Notes: a model not told the origin generated them from the sequence alone. Counted from the stretch's first letter, positions 42,701 to 54,571 are shown. The stretch: DNA of 64,000 nucleotides from Perna viridis (GCA_037379345.1 CM074517.1:42388500-42452499), one strand, 5' to 3'. Numbers and translations are program-made.

Positions 42701-45700
42701 ATATTATTGTATATCTTTATTTTCACACCTTAATTAATATTTACAGGTAAAATACAGGTAAAAATAGGTCATAATTACAAATTATAATTAGCATATAAAA
42801 GTACAGGTACTCACCTTTCCAACGATATATATCACGACCACATTATCATAGAAATCAAGTTCGCTATAAGCATTAGAACAGTCCATACCCTTTTCAATCA
42901 GAATATAAAAAAATGGCCAGCCACAGCATCTAAGCCCTATATATTACATATAGCACTACAAGGGTTAATAGTTTCCTGTTGACAGCATTTTTGTACTTTA
43001 TTATTAAAATGTGTCAAAATATTCAAAGAGGTCATTTTAATGAATCACAACAACAGTCTTCATGTTCATAGAGAACTTAGAAAATGATGTAATTAACTAC
43101 ACATACCTTTATCATTTCAGCTCTCTCTAAAAACTTGTCATATCTAGCAAAGACCAGTTTCGGTGCAAACTCCCACACTCTAACTTCCATATCTCCACTA
43201 AAGTAAGTCTTCATCTTGGATTTATGATCTTCAAATGCTTCTTTAAAGGCGTGAAGTACATGAACTGCTTTTTGCATTTTTTCAATAATTTCTTCTATCT
43301 CTCCTTTGAATATTTCAGATGGATCCAAGTATGTGCGTGCCTAAAGTAAAACGAATGGAAATAAATAGCATGTTACGGTTCCTAAGTAACATTAACAAAG
43401 CACTGGCAGGCAGCTTATGTCTTGGATAAATGTTTTTAGTCCTTTTTATTGAGGAGAATTCTTTATACAGTCTAAAGAGAAGTATAAACATCTGGCTTCA
43501 GGTCTCATGATATCCCAACTCTGGGACCTTGCAAATAAAAGCACTTGAAATAGAATGTGATTACCATTTTACTAACATATTCTAGCTCATTTATTTATAG
43601 TAAACTGACTAAGTCTTCAAACTCTTGTAACTTCTTCCCTGACTAGCAATACAACTTTAAAATTGGTCAAAGACAGAAATGGCCAAGTTGCCATCAAGTC
43701 AGTAAACAGGAAGTAGAAGTGTGACAGACCTGAAACACATCCCACTATATGGGATCCCATACTGAAGTCGTGTTCCAAATATCTAGTGGCTGTGAATTAT
43801 AGTTGCTGAGAAAGATGTAAGGAAAGTATTTTCACTGTCCACCCCACCCAACATTCACCACAAGTGCAACCAGACCAATATTTATTATGAAAGCTTTTGA
43901 AATAAAGGACACACTGTAAATGTGTGGTAACACTCAAAACTTACCTGATTGATGACCATATTACACATCTCTTGTAACAGTACAATTATCCTAGCTGGTG
44001 TATTGTAATACTGAGAATGTGTCCAGATCAAACACACAGTGTGCATCATTGGTGCAAAGTATATTTCACATTCATCAAACTCTGCTTGTTCATAATCTTC
44101 AAACTGATGTCTTATTGGTCTCAGATACATGTTGATGTCAATGGCCTCCTCTAAGGCTAAAAAATACCATATATTTTAACTAAAAACAATAACCAGAGTA
44201 CCAGTGTTTGAAAAGCTAGACCATCAGTCTGAGAATGGTAGATTTTGTGCATGGCTGCCCCCAATTCAAAAAGTACTTATTTATTTTATTATCATAATTT
44301 CCAATTTGTTTTTGTAGTGACTTGTTCTTGTCCTGGTTAATGGTTATGAATGACATACATGTAGATGCAACTGGATCTACCACATATATTAACATCAATC
44401 ACTAAGAAAATTCTTTACTCTATTTATCATGATTATTTTTTTATTTGGCCCTTACTTGTAAGGACCAAAATAATAAGGAAAAAAATGTAAAATAAGTGTT
44501 CAATATTGCTTATTTTTACTGTGTGAAGTGATCCTGGCATGTAAAGATGGAAAATAATCATAAAAGAAATTTCACTGTACTGCTTGAAAGGTCATTCTAT
44601 GCCATTTTCTACTGTTATGTCTCCATGGAAACCATTAGTGAATTTACTAAATAGCTGTGTTCTGCATTAACTAAGACCTACATTTCAACATCATACACAT
44701 TTATTTGTCATAATTGTAATACTGCTGTAAAAATTCATGGTCACAACAAGTCTAAAAGTACATTTCAAAATTAGTCATTGAATACTATTTTTAGTTAATT
44801 TCAATTAGAAACTACAAAAAATTGCACCCATACATAGGTAATTCCTTTCAGTGTTACAAATTCTAAAGTCTATATCATTTGAGAAAAATATACATGTATT
44901 TTGAGAAAAATGACCTTGAATATGGTTGTCAAGACAAAAAATTAACATATGAATTTTAGGATGTTTTTTTTTATACCAAAAAATTTGATCTTAAAGTAAT
45001 ATTTCATTTTTATCAAGTGGTGAAAATGTCAGCATATAGTCAGGATATACCTATGAAAACAATAGAAATATATTTTGTGGTGAAAATAAAGATCAAGGTA
45101 ATGGCCAAAAAAAAAGAACCCTGGTTATAAAAACAGAAAATACAAAGATGACCTTTTAAATGACCTTGAAATGAGAAAATTTGATCGTGAAGTTCAAAAT
45201 CTTGCTTTTTTATGTTCTTTAAATTCTTTTGCAGTTAACCTACAAACTTAAAATGAAAAAGAATGAAATGCCCTGTGGAAACAAACACTAAAAATCACCA
45301 TTTTCTTGAGAATATCCATGGTTACCAAGTTTTCTGAAAGTTCAAAAATAACACATCTCTAGTTTTCTATAATTTTCTTGAGCAAGAGTAGTTCTTACCA
45401 CTTTTGAAAGTATACACATATCTAAGGATGCAATTTCATACTGTTTGGTATTGAAAATTTCATAAAACAGGATTTTGAAAAAGAAAAAAAGTGACTTTTT
45501 GGAAACCATTGTAGACACTTCAATACCCTACTATGTCTATGGATAAGGATGTGATTACCTACAAAAACTGGTTGTATTATCATCACTGAGTTAACAAATT
45601 ACCTAAAGGATAAATTTATAATGTCTGCATTAATGGTTTCCATGGTAAAAAGTCCACAGAAAACAGCAAAATATCCCTTTTGGTAGTTAAGGTATACTAA

Positions 45701-48700
45701 ATGTTGGTTTCCATGGCAAAGGGTTTTGCAAAAGTAAAAGTTTCAGGTAATTTTGATGTTAATATGTCATATAGATTTATTTGAGTTATTTCAAAGATAT
45801 TTGAAAATTTAAGGTTCCCACATGATATTGATTCATAAAGAGAATGGCTCTCAAATCATTAAATAATCATACCATACATACCAACAACTACATCTCTGAA
45901 TATGTCTTTGAAAACAGGAAAATAACTGCTTTGCAATTTTTCCAACAACTCTGCCATTTTCTTCACTTTGGGATTTTTCAGCTATTGGAATAGGATGAAA
46001 TAGATCATTTCTATTACTACTAGTTATTATCTACTTTTGTAAAAGCATTATTCTGACAAGTAATCTGTTCCTTTTTCTCATTGCATGCAGCAGACTTCTC
46101 CAAAACAATCATACTGTACATATACATAATTTTTATCACTGTCTTTAAAAAATATAATATTTAATATTAGTTGTGTAGTAATAAGATGCCAAACATTCAA
46201 CAAAAATATTTTTTAAATCGAGTCATCAAGAGTAATGAAAAATTTAATGTATATTGTAAAAATCATATTCAACAAGTTTCAAACCAACTCTGATCTATCA
46301 TAAAATATGATTTCTTTTCAAACCTGGTCATAAATGCATTCAAGGTTGGCTGACTTGTTCTTCCAGTATTCAATCTCAACAAATGGAGTGGGGTTGAGAC
46401 CATCCAGAATCGGTTGTGCTGAGTCTCTCTTTAATACATCTCTTATCTGATGAGTCCAATCAATGACCATAGATTCAATAGAATGAATAAGTAATCTATC
46501 TGATTCCACCCTTGACAAGAGAAAAAGAGCATGTTTAAAATGTCAAGAAGGTCCGAATGGGAACTGCATTAACTTACTACACTAAAATTGAAACCAAATT
46601 GAATTGAATGAATGTAAAGATGTTAGATTTTTCAGGTTCCATAAGTATGGAGGGGTGTAAAAAGAATACACAGGATATCCCTTTACATCTCTTTTTAGTT
46701 TAAAAAAAAAGAGCATAAATATATTTATGATAATTGTTGTTAGCTTGTTAAAAAGTCAAATTTTAATACCTCTTTAAAAGAAATGGCACACAAGTTTCTA
46801 CTGATATCAGTAATTATTCAATTACATATGACACCATTTGCACAAACTACATTGTTGTTTTTGTGTACATGATTTTTTAATCTTATATCAAGTTTCTCAA
46901 CTTACTTATTTTCTTCTCCATTATCAATTTTCTCAGCACCTACAGGCAATGGTAATAGAGTTTTTCCTTTTGCTTGACCAGATATAACATAAACATCACT
47001 TTTGATGCTATGGACATGACGAACCACGTCTTCAGCAACAACCAAAGGCCATGACTCATGATTTCTTTCATTTGAAAGCAAAGGAAACAAAATCTGCAAT
47101 ATCAAAAGAAAGTCATCTTTTACATTAATATTGAGCACTGACAACTAAAAAGATAGTCCCAAGTCATTGAAAAAAATTGTCTGCCCGTTCAAATGAGTTC
47201 CAAATTTTTCCCTTATAAAGAATAATATTCCAACAGCCTTAATGAACTTTTACTTTGGCATACATTTAGGCAAGGGTTTTCCTGGGTTTTATATCGGCCC
47301 ATCAACCTGATGCCCTTGTAGGGGGTTGGCTGAAAACAATTTAAAGCATTTTCACATTAGTTTGGAAGCCATCTCCTGCCTGTTGTTTTTTGGTGCAGAT
47401 TATTTGTTTTTTTGGTCATACTGTACAAATGTATATCAGTTAAGTTTTATGGAAAACTTGAAAACTTAGCACTTTGTCAAGAGTTTATATGATCATGCAA
47501 AAACAGAAGCTTTCCAATTCAACTGCCTTTAATCATTATGTTTGTTACTATAATAACCCTTGACCAAACAAATCCTTTTTTTTTGGGGTGACATGTTTAT
47601 ATGATTTACAGGACATTGTAAAACATGCAATTTTATCAACCTTAAATTAATTGAAGAATAGTAAAGATTTACATAACCATAACATAGATAGCTTAACACT
47701 CACCATGCTGAATTGGTTGAAAACAATGTCTAGATTTCGGTATTTTGCTAACTTATGCACAATAAATACAAATTAGTTGCATCATGATACTGATGCTGGG
47801 GTGAGGAGGTGATGGGAGGGTGAGTGGGCATGGCAGAAAAATGGGTCTGTTGCCTGAAAATGGTGATTTTTGGTCATTGTTCACCAGATGTAGTGCTCAC
47901 AAGGGGTAAGACAGTGTCCAAAGTCAAATTTTTCCAAAGCTTGTTCCCTCTGATGGTAATTTAAGCCAAAAATTGTTCATTACAGTTGTAAGTGGAAGGT
48001 CAGGGGTTCCCAGTGGGGTCACTCATGAGAAAAAATGAGGATTTCTTGCATTTTTTGGCTTCAGATTGGCCTAATATCAGAAGTGGTTAGTATATTGGGT
48101 TGACATCGTGGGAGTGGTGAGAGACATTTTTATTCTTTAAAAACCAGAAGAAATGAAGCACTATGAATCCATTCTGCTGTTGTTAGAGGCTGAGAATTGA
48201 GCCCTACCCCTCAAAAAGTCACAATTTTTTTGTGGCCTTCTTAACTCATAATCTCTTGTTCAGCTGTCCAGTCCCTTTTTTGCTAAAACTATAATATAGC
48301 CTCATTTTAAAGCACATTCACTCTGCTTGCATATGAAATCAAATTGTGGTTTCTAAAACTAAAAATAAAATTGCCATTACCCAAAAATCAGGAAACAGCC
48401 CATGACTGTATATACATGTATATATGGTTCCCACATGGTAAGGGTTAGGATATGATTAAAGACAATGTGGAAGACAAGTCCAAATGTTTTTGAAATTAAT
48501 TATACTCAAAAACGTATGAAATCATACCATGAATTTGAAATTCGGAACCGTACTCGGAAACAAAAACATTAATTTACTTTTAAAAAGAAACTAGTTTCTG
48601 AGATGCGCTGTCTTACAATCATTGTAAGAGCTATTAAATCAGCAATTTGTCTACTCAAAACAATAAAAGCATGTCACTGTTCGATGATAAAGTACATACA

Positions 48701-49265
48701 AATTTCACAGAGGTAAGAGCACTTAACAGACATTTCAGAAAACTAAGTCTGCATGAAATGCATAACTTTGACAGTGCTGCACTTAGAGAGAAAAAGCATT
48801 AATTCCACATCCCATAATTTTTTCCTCTTTTACTTTCAAATTAGTATTGAGGAATTGTTAATCAATCAAGCCATCAATTTTATTAACATGATTGGGGTTC
48901 AGTTTTACCTCATCTACAAAAGCTGTTACATGATCTAATGGTGCATAGGACAAATCACCATACAGTAAACTGTGTCTCAGATTGGCATCCTTGGTCAATG
49001 CTTCTTTTTTCTTCTTCACAAAAAAGCACCCCTTTCCTCTTGGTTTACCAGGAAAATATGATAAGGCAATAAGAGCACCTGATGGTTGAGTTATGACAAG
49101 GACGGTATTTTCAGCTTTGTCAAAAAATTCTACGAACTGCTGTCTCGTTTCTTCCAAACTGAATAGTTTTGCAAATTTGTCAATTTTTAGGTTCATAGAC
49201 TTAAGTGCATATTCGGCTGTAAACTCAATACGAGCGTCCTTAAGGTCTAAATCTTTGATGGACAT
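8214..49265 (-). CDS. DNAH17: Dynein beta heavy chain, ciliary/axonemal outer arm (DNAH9/DNAH11/DNAH17 co-ortholog); complete, 50 coding exons, 4,465 aa
   Basis: Hand-spliced exons (all GT-AG, phases consistent): 48909-49265, 46906-47093, 46324-46510, 45882-45981, 43945-44156, 43107-43340, 42114-42281, 41105-41221, 40292-40626, 39495-39877, 38409-38653, 37535-37720, 36732-37136, 36230-36399, 34816-35038, 34396-34599, 33743-34144, 33065-33310, 32590-32814, 31943-32161, 31041-31193, 30557-30790, 29385-29677, 28833-28989, 27900-28394, 27363-27557, 26899-27109, 26236-26512, 25677-25959, 25148-25321, 23963-24099, 23591-23759, 22837-23004, 22098-22337, 21590-21751, 20560-21183, 20113-20274, 19615-19848, 16067-16327, 15713-15859, 13947-15407, 13413-13583, 13045-13167, 12395-12588, 11477-11753, 10818-11045, 10241-10552, 9736-9978, 9111-9299, 8214-8831. 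Sum 13,398 nt. P-loops GPAGTGKT (AAA1, with CFDEFNR), [25 protein letters not shown]-terminus [31 protein letters not shown] is typical of beta outer-arm chains. The symbol is approximate because the vertebrate paralogs cannot be resolved by eye. Confidence 0.96.
16491..17830. repeat. Local ~230-bp tandem duplication, second copy split by a MITE
   Basis: 16491-16570 matches 16723-16810, and 16570-16662 matches 17717-17818. Confidence 0.75.
16811..17706. mobile_element. Non-autonomous DNA transposon (CAGTG termini, hAT-like), 896 bp
   Basis: Left end CAGTGTTCTAGCTAGG; right end reverse-complements to CAGTGTCTTAGCTAGG (14/16). It interrupts a duplicated segment. TSD not clear. Confidence 0.7.
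18643..18875 (-). mobile_element. Fragment of abundant interspersed repeat (…GTCTCATTGGCA(A/C)TCATACCACATCT… family)
   Basis: The same terminal motif occurs three times in the window (18643-18680 reverse, 30026-30060, 55282-55320). Confidence 0.7.
24234..24659 (-). mobile_element. tRNA-Leu-derived Pol III-type element bounded by 16-bp direct repeats
   Basis: TAGAAGGGTCTGAAAA at 24234-24249 and 24644-24659. On the - strand: A box TGGCCGAGTGG (24377-24387), CTGGA-CT-TAG anticodon-arm remnant, B box AGTTCGAGTCC (24311-24321), T5 at 24246-24250. The acceptor stem does not pair, so it is not a functional tRNA. Confidence 0.7.
24660..24755. repeat. Compound microsatellite (TA)n(TATC)n(TA)n
   Basis: Directly visible; a short (TA)n also flanks the element on the left (24219-24228). 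Confidence 0.95.
29745..30060 (+). mobile_element. Copy of abundant interspersed repeat (GCCTGTCCCAAG.CAGGA.CCTG ... CATTGGCAATCATACCACATCT)
   Basis: Shares its terminal motif with 18643-18680 and 55282-55320, and its internal motif with 50660-50705 (reverse). Confidence 0.65.
35340..36094. mobile_element. MITE, 755 bp, 16-bp perfect TIRs, 5-bp TSD
   Basis: TIR CAGTGTTCTGCCAAGG at 35340-35355 and its reverse complement at 36079-36094. GTGAA duplicated at 35335-35339 and 36095-36099. Confidence 0.9.
42299..42968 (+). mobile_element. piggyBac-like non-autonomous element with remnant acidic transposase N-terminus
   Basis: Right end ...AAGGG|TTAA (42961-42968). Subterminal inverted repeats AGACGCTGTGGCTG (42320-42333) / CAGCCACAGCATCT (42918-42931). 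Internal ORF 42530-42733 with [21 protein letters not shown]. Left terminus eroded. Confidence 0.6.
44619..45720. promoter_or_regulatory. Cluster of RFX X-box-like palindromes in dynein intron 4 (likely within an old transposon)
   Basis: GTCTCCATGGAAAC 44619-44632, ATATCCATGGTTAC 45312-45325, GTTTCCATGGTAAA 45636-45649, GTTTCCATGGCAAA 45707-45720. Confidence 0.4.
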
Positions 49266-49720
49266 CTTAAATGGTTAGTTTTAAATGGGCCTGGGCAATC
49301 TATGTCGATAGGAAACTCATTTTTCGGGCTTTCGCGATTTTCTCCACATCCAAATTACCCGCGTCCGTTGTCGTCTGTTAAAAGTAGATGGCGTTCATAA
49401 ATTAGGTTTTGCTAAAGATGGAAATATAGTTCGTTATTGACTCCTATTTGGTGTAAGCTGTATCGATTGTAAATTCAAAAACGTTGCGACTACGAAATAT
49501 TCCTTTTTTGTAAAATATAACACACAAACAAAGTTTGAAAGAATCCACTAATTATATTCCAATCACGGGCTAATATGAATCTCCAATTTTCAACCTTCGC
49601 ACCTTCTATACAACTGAATGTTGTGCTGTATATGTGCTATATTATTTCCCCTGAACGATAAAAACTTTGCTAGGCGTAGCGTTGATTGGGATTATCGCGT
49701 CCATGGATACTAATCCACAA
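49266..49720 (-). promoter_or_regulatory. Dynein 5'UTR/promoter region with X-box-like, CCAAT and forkhead-like motifs
   Basis: CpG-enriched relative to the CpG-poor gene body. On the - strand: GTATCCATGGACGC (49697-49710), CCAAT (49685-49689), GTTTCCTATCGAC (49304-49316). ACAAACA at 49524-49530. RFX/FOXJ1 control of motile-cilia genes is established knowledge; these sites are predictions. Confidence 0.45.
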
Positions 49721-50896
49721 TTCATAAATTAATTGCTAATCTATATAACGAAAATGAACGGATTAGCAAATTTAATAATTATGTCAAATTGCACAACGAA
49801 TTATAGATACATGAAAGACGAAAGACAATAAAAAAAAATCCGTTTAACATATATAAAATCCTTAGAATGGATAATACTTTAAATAAAAATAAAAAAGATA
49901 AAAGACCAATAAAAACATATTTTTTTATGGTTGATGCATGTGTAGCCAAGAACTCAATGTAACACTAACACTCCATGGTGTGACACACACAAATTGAATT
50001 CTCTTAAATTCTAAGCATAGTAGATATACTAAAAAAATCTTGTTTTAACATAATAATATAATAGGAGATGTTTAAATCAAAGTCTGTCGATTTTTAAGAC
50101 CCCTTATGAATTTTAAGTAAAGAGATCAACAAAGGTTCGATGTAATTGCACGCATTTATGTATTAACTGGTTATATTCTTAACGTGACCACAGTTAAATT
50201 ATTTCGTAAAATAAAACCAAGAATAAAAAGATAAAAATAGTCAGTTGAAAAAGAGTACAAAAAGACACAATATTTCCCAATTTCTTGCTTTCGATATAGC
50301 TGTGGTTGTTCTTTTGATGCGCGAATGTGTGTTGCTGTTACAAGGATACTTAATGTGGAGATATGATAAAAAAATACCAATTACATGTTTACATACTACT
50401 GTAACCTTAAGAACAGTAAAAACGTAATACAAATTCCTGGAGAGATTCACGCTATGAAAGGATGTTAAAAGAATAAACAGGCTGGGTGCACTTGATATCT
50501 ACCCGATTAAAGGACACATACAACAGAAAAAGGAACGGTATGATAAAACTTAACCACAAAGTATTAATTAAATATTTTCAGAGATCACCAAAAGGTTTTC
50601 AATAATTAAGTGTAACATCATATTGAAGTAAGCTCCGAAAGACACATTAATGACCAACATCTCCTGACCGTGGACAGGTGCATGTCTGCGGTGGGGTAAA
50701 ACTAGTTTTATATTGCCTTTACCATCCCCTATAATGTAAGATCAAAAAATGAACTTAAAAAACAAACACACTATAAAATTCAATCAATAATACATCCAAT
50801 ACTTCAACATAAACCATATAGTCCAAATGAGATATCCGCATTAATAACGTTCGCAGTTACTGAAAGCTAGCTGAGAACATGTTAAATAATATGACA

Positions 50897-51650
50897 ATAG
50901 TTTAGTTTAAACATTTTATTTGCGTAATTATGCAAAAGGGATTAGACACAAGTTAGACAAACTTATTAAGTCTTCTCCCATATACAGTGTGTAACAATAC
51001 ATATTGAAAGCATGCAAAAACAATACAATAAATATATAAACATACTATTGACATGATATAACTAGCAAATATTGTGATGATGTGATGATGTATGTGGTTG
51101 TTTTAAATATACTTACAGTATAAATGATACTGATTATACAATATGGAACCTCTTAGATCCTTTTATATACTTATATACATGACTAAAAATTACTGTATTT
51201 TGCTCATCGGTAAGAGCCGGGTGACCACACGTTAATGTACTTAAATTTACTCGACAATTTTCCGGTAAACAATTTAGATTAATAAGGAGTCTGTTTCTAA
51301 TATCAGAATAGTGAGGACATTCAAAGAAAAAATGATTTGAATCTTCAATGCTAGCACCACATCGGGAGGATGGATCAGTTATAATGTTAACTCTCGAGAG
51401 ATAATAATTTAAAAAGGAGGCCGAACATCGTATTTGTGTTAAAATAATGTTTAATTTATGATTTCCAAACTCGAAATATTTAGGAACTCTGTTTGTTGGA
51501 TTTGATTTACTCCTCTTTAATTCATTTTTAAATTTAACTATAGATTCAATGTTACGAGTAGACAAAATGAGTTTATTCCATAACCGTATAGTTGATGGTA
51601 AAAACGAGTATGACAATACCATACCGGCTCGAGAATTAACCAAGGACTTC
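50897..51650 (-). mobile_element. 5'-truncated CR1/L2-type LINE 3' end
   Basis: ORF 51134-51643: SFLPSTIRLWNKL...IILTQIRC...RCGASIEDSNHFFFECPHY, the typical post-RT C-terminus. The 3'UTR ends in AATAAA plus a short (AAACT)n tail at ~50897-50925. Confidence 0.85.
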
Positions 51651-52379
51651 CAATGGACTGGATTTAGAAGTCAAGTACTAAATAGGCAATATTTGAGTAA
51701 GTGCATATGCAAAGCTAAATCTTGGATTTCAGGGTAGGGGCGTTAACACATGTAGTATGAAATGCCGTGCGAAGCAAAATGAGTTTTTTTGGGGACGGAA
51801 TTTGTGAAAAATCAAGATTCATGCAATCAAAATTTTGTTCCCAATGTTAGGGGGCTTACGTCCGGCACGCCCGTACTTTGATTCGGGGTTGAAAGTGACT
51901 TAGTTTTACGTATAGGGATGCAATTAGCGGTCGAGTGTTTCTTTTCGTGAAAACAAAGTTTGAAAATAGAATATTTGAAAGTCGTGTCCATTTCGAATAA
52001 ATTGATAAACCCATCGGATTTGTTTGAAAGAATGTGCTTTATGGACGATACCTCCGGGAAAAAAACTGGGTGTCAGAGCAAACACCATTTTAATTAAGAA
52101 CCTGCAAGTGCTGTTATATGTTCACTAGTCACCTGACGTCAACTTTATCATTTGAATTTCGTTGTTTAAAGTAGTAAATATCTTGAATTACCTAACTAAA
52201 TAGGATCAATCCAAGGAAGAAACCTTTCTCCAATTAGGATATTTGGTACACACCACGAAGTCATTAAGAATAAATGAATCAATGCCTGAATGGCAACGCC
52301 GATATGCATATATTCATATATTTGCTGAGGAATGTTTATGAATGAAAATATGTCCGCTCAAATGTGTTTTCGATAAGCA

Positions 52380-53785
52380 TATGGCAGAGTAATCAAGGGA
52401 ACCAAGGCTCTATCGCTAATCAAAAGAATGTAATCTAGGGACAAAGACCAGACATGGAAAACAGACACACACAACAAAGAACATAAAGTAACTAAAATAA
52501 TACATACAAAGTAACAAAAGCAAATGAGCAAATCGGACTCCACTAAAAACTGGGAGCATGGACCAGGTGCACCGGTAGGGTAAGCGTCCTCTGTTTTTCT
52601 AGAAACACCCGCCGAGTTGCTAATAAAAATTCAAGTCCGGGGTAGTCAAAAGAGGAAAGGAAAACTATGACATGTTGAACAAATCAGTTTTCATGGCGCT
52701 GATGGATACACCGTGACCATCCACGAGTTTATGATGACGACCATAAAACTTCAGTAGTGATGACTTAAATCTTGTAGCAACATAACCCTGTTCCAGTAGC
52801 CTACTTGTTGGAAGTCTAGCGCGATACAAAAAGTCTGCGTAGTTTCGTCAAACTCTGGCATAACATATGAGTTGTGAAATGAACACCCCATACGCAGGTG
52901 CCGAAGGGATTTTGCCGCAGATGAAAGGAAAGTTGACAATTCTGAATGAAAAGTCATCACGTTTGTCGTAAAGTTTGGTCAACAGTTTTCCTTTACTATC
53001 GATTTCTAAGTGTAGGTCAAGATATGAGGCTGACTTCACAGTGTCTATAGTATCCTTTATCTCAAGTTCTTTGGGGTAGATGTGATGTATCAAATCCCCG
53101 AAATTAGGATTGTTTTAAGATAATACGTCATCTATATAGCGGAAACTGAGATTAAAGGATCTAGCTATACGATATTCTTCCTTTCGGATCAGATCAGTGA
53201 TAAAGTCAACCTCATAAGAGTGAAGGAATAGGTCTGCAAGTAGAGGAGCACAATTTGTTCCCATTGGAATGCCGACTGTTTGTTGAAAAACACGTCCACC
53301 ACACAGGACAAATGTGTTGTCGATTAAAAATTCCAGCATTTTGTAAACATCTTCTTCTGTATATTTGGAAGATTATTTGGAATTATTTCTAACAAAGTAC
53401 AATGAATCTCTACCAAGAACTATATATTTGTATCTAGGTGTATCATCTTTTTTGGAAAAAGAACGATGTATAATGCTTTTTAAGTCGCAATTTTAACTGA
53501 GTATGGGGAATAGAAGTATACAGTGTTGAAAAATCATAAATTTTAATTCTATGATATTCTGATAATAGTCTTGAACTGATGGTCTCCAGAAGATCTTTCG
53601 AATTTTTCAGGATCCACATTGAATTAATAACACTACAGGAGTAACAAGTGTTGTGGTAGGACTGCACAGCCGTGAGTATAGAAGTTAAAGTGTTGGAAGA
53701 GGTTTGGTGGTACATTTTGCAGACCCAGCTATGTAACGTTGTTTGTATGGATTCTTGTGGAGTTTAGGAATCCATGTTCTAGATC
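52380..53785 (-). mobile_element. Degenerate Penelope-like retroelement (reverse transcriptase and 3' region)
   Basis: Frameshifted RT motifs WIPKLHKNPYKQRYIAGS, YDFSTLYTSIPH, QQTVGIPMGTNCAPLLADLFL, FRYIDDVL, ASYLDL, LYDKRDDF, PAYGVFISQLI. Multiple stops and frameshifts. Confidence 0.88.
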
Positions 53786-54049
53786 GTATACAAGTTTCTC
53801 TGTAAAAACTAAAACACTAGAACTCGCAAATTTAAAATGTACATTTACGGGTGAATTGCATCGAGAAATACTGGGAACTACATTTCAAAATTATTTATTT
53901 CTAGTGAAATTTTATACCTGTAACCAATCGGTCAAATTTAGAGCACATCGGATAAGAACAAGAACAAGCTACTGCTTCATCGGAAGAATCGACTTCTTAA
54001 GGTGCAGAAATTCGGAAGCAACTGTGAGTCCAGCAAGTCTATCCCTCAA

Positions 54050-54210
54050 TCGAACACATTATTTTGACCAACTAGTCATCACTCTATCCCCTAAATACCG
54101 TGCGTTTTGCAGATAAGCAATCTTTGGTGTGACTCGACCGGGCATCAAACCCACGACCTCCCATTCGAGGCGATCACGTTACACGGTAACACCGTGACCA
54201 CCGAGGCGGT
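54050..54210 (-). mobile_element. tRNA-derived SINE, degenerate 5' part
   Basis: The - strand starts ACCGCCTCGGTGG..., with B-box-like GGGTTTGATGCCC followed by GGTCGAGTCACACCAAAGA. This resembles the head of common bivalve SINEs. Confidence 0.7.
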
Positions 54211-54502
54211 AAGGTTTTAAATAGGACAGCTTGTATGTTGCGGTGCCGACACAAAAACAATATAACATTTATTTTGGCTGGCATTACAAAGTTGTACAAA
54301 AAATTACAAGCCTGCAAATTATTACATACAGCAAGTACATTGACTGAATCGATCATGCCTAAATAAACTAAACATACATATAAATTAGATAACTTCAAAA
54401 GTCTCTCAATGTTTCAATGAATATTTAACATGCCTAAACTCATTCATAGGTGACTTTGTCCTTTCATGAGGTTAATATAAAGAGAATCCATATGGTGAGT
54501 AT

Positions 54503-54571
54503 CAGTCTAATTAAAACTAGACCTTGCGTTGAAACAAATAAAAATCGGAGGGTCTAATTTTAATTAGACTG
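54503..54571. mobile_element. 69-bp mini inverted-repeat element with degenerate 9-bp TSD
   Basis: CAGTCTAATTAAAACTAGACC (54503-54523) vs GGTCTAATTTTAATTAGACTG (54551-54571), 20/21 complementary. Flanks GGTGAGTAT / GGTGATTGT. Confidence 0.7.

Noticed and set aside
47150-48410. Probable old DNA transposon in dynein intron 1 (also 38810-39362, 12007-12380, 18960-19450)
   Set aside because: Only one plausible terminus found for each; boundaries and TSDs could not be supported.
52380-54050. Hammerhead ribozyme associated with the Penelope-like element
   Set aside because: No CTGANGA...GAAA core with supporting stems found by eye on either strand.
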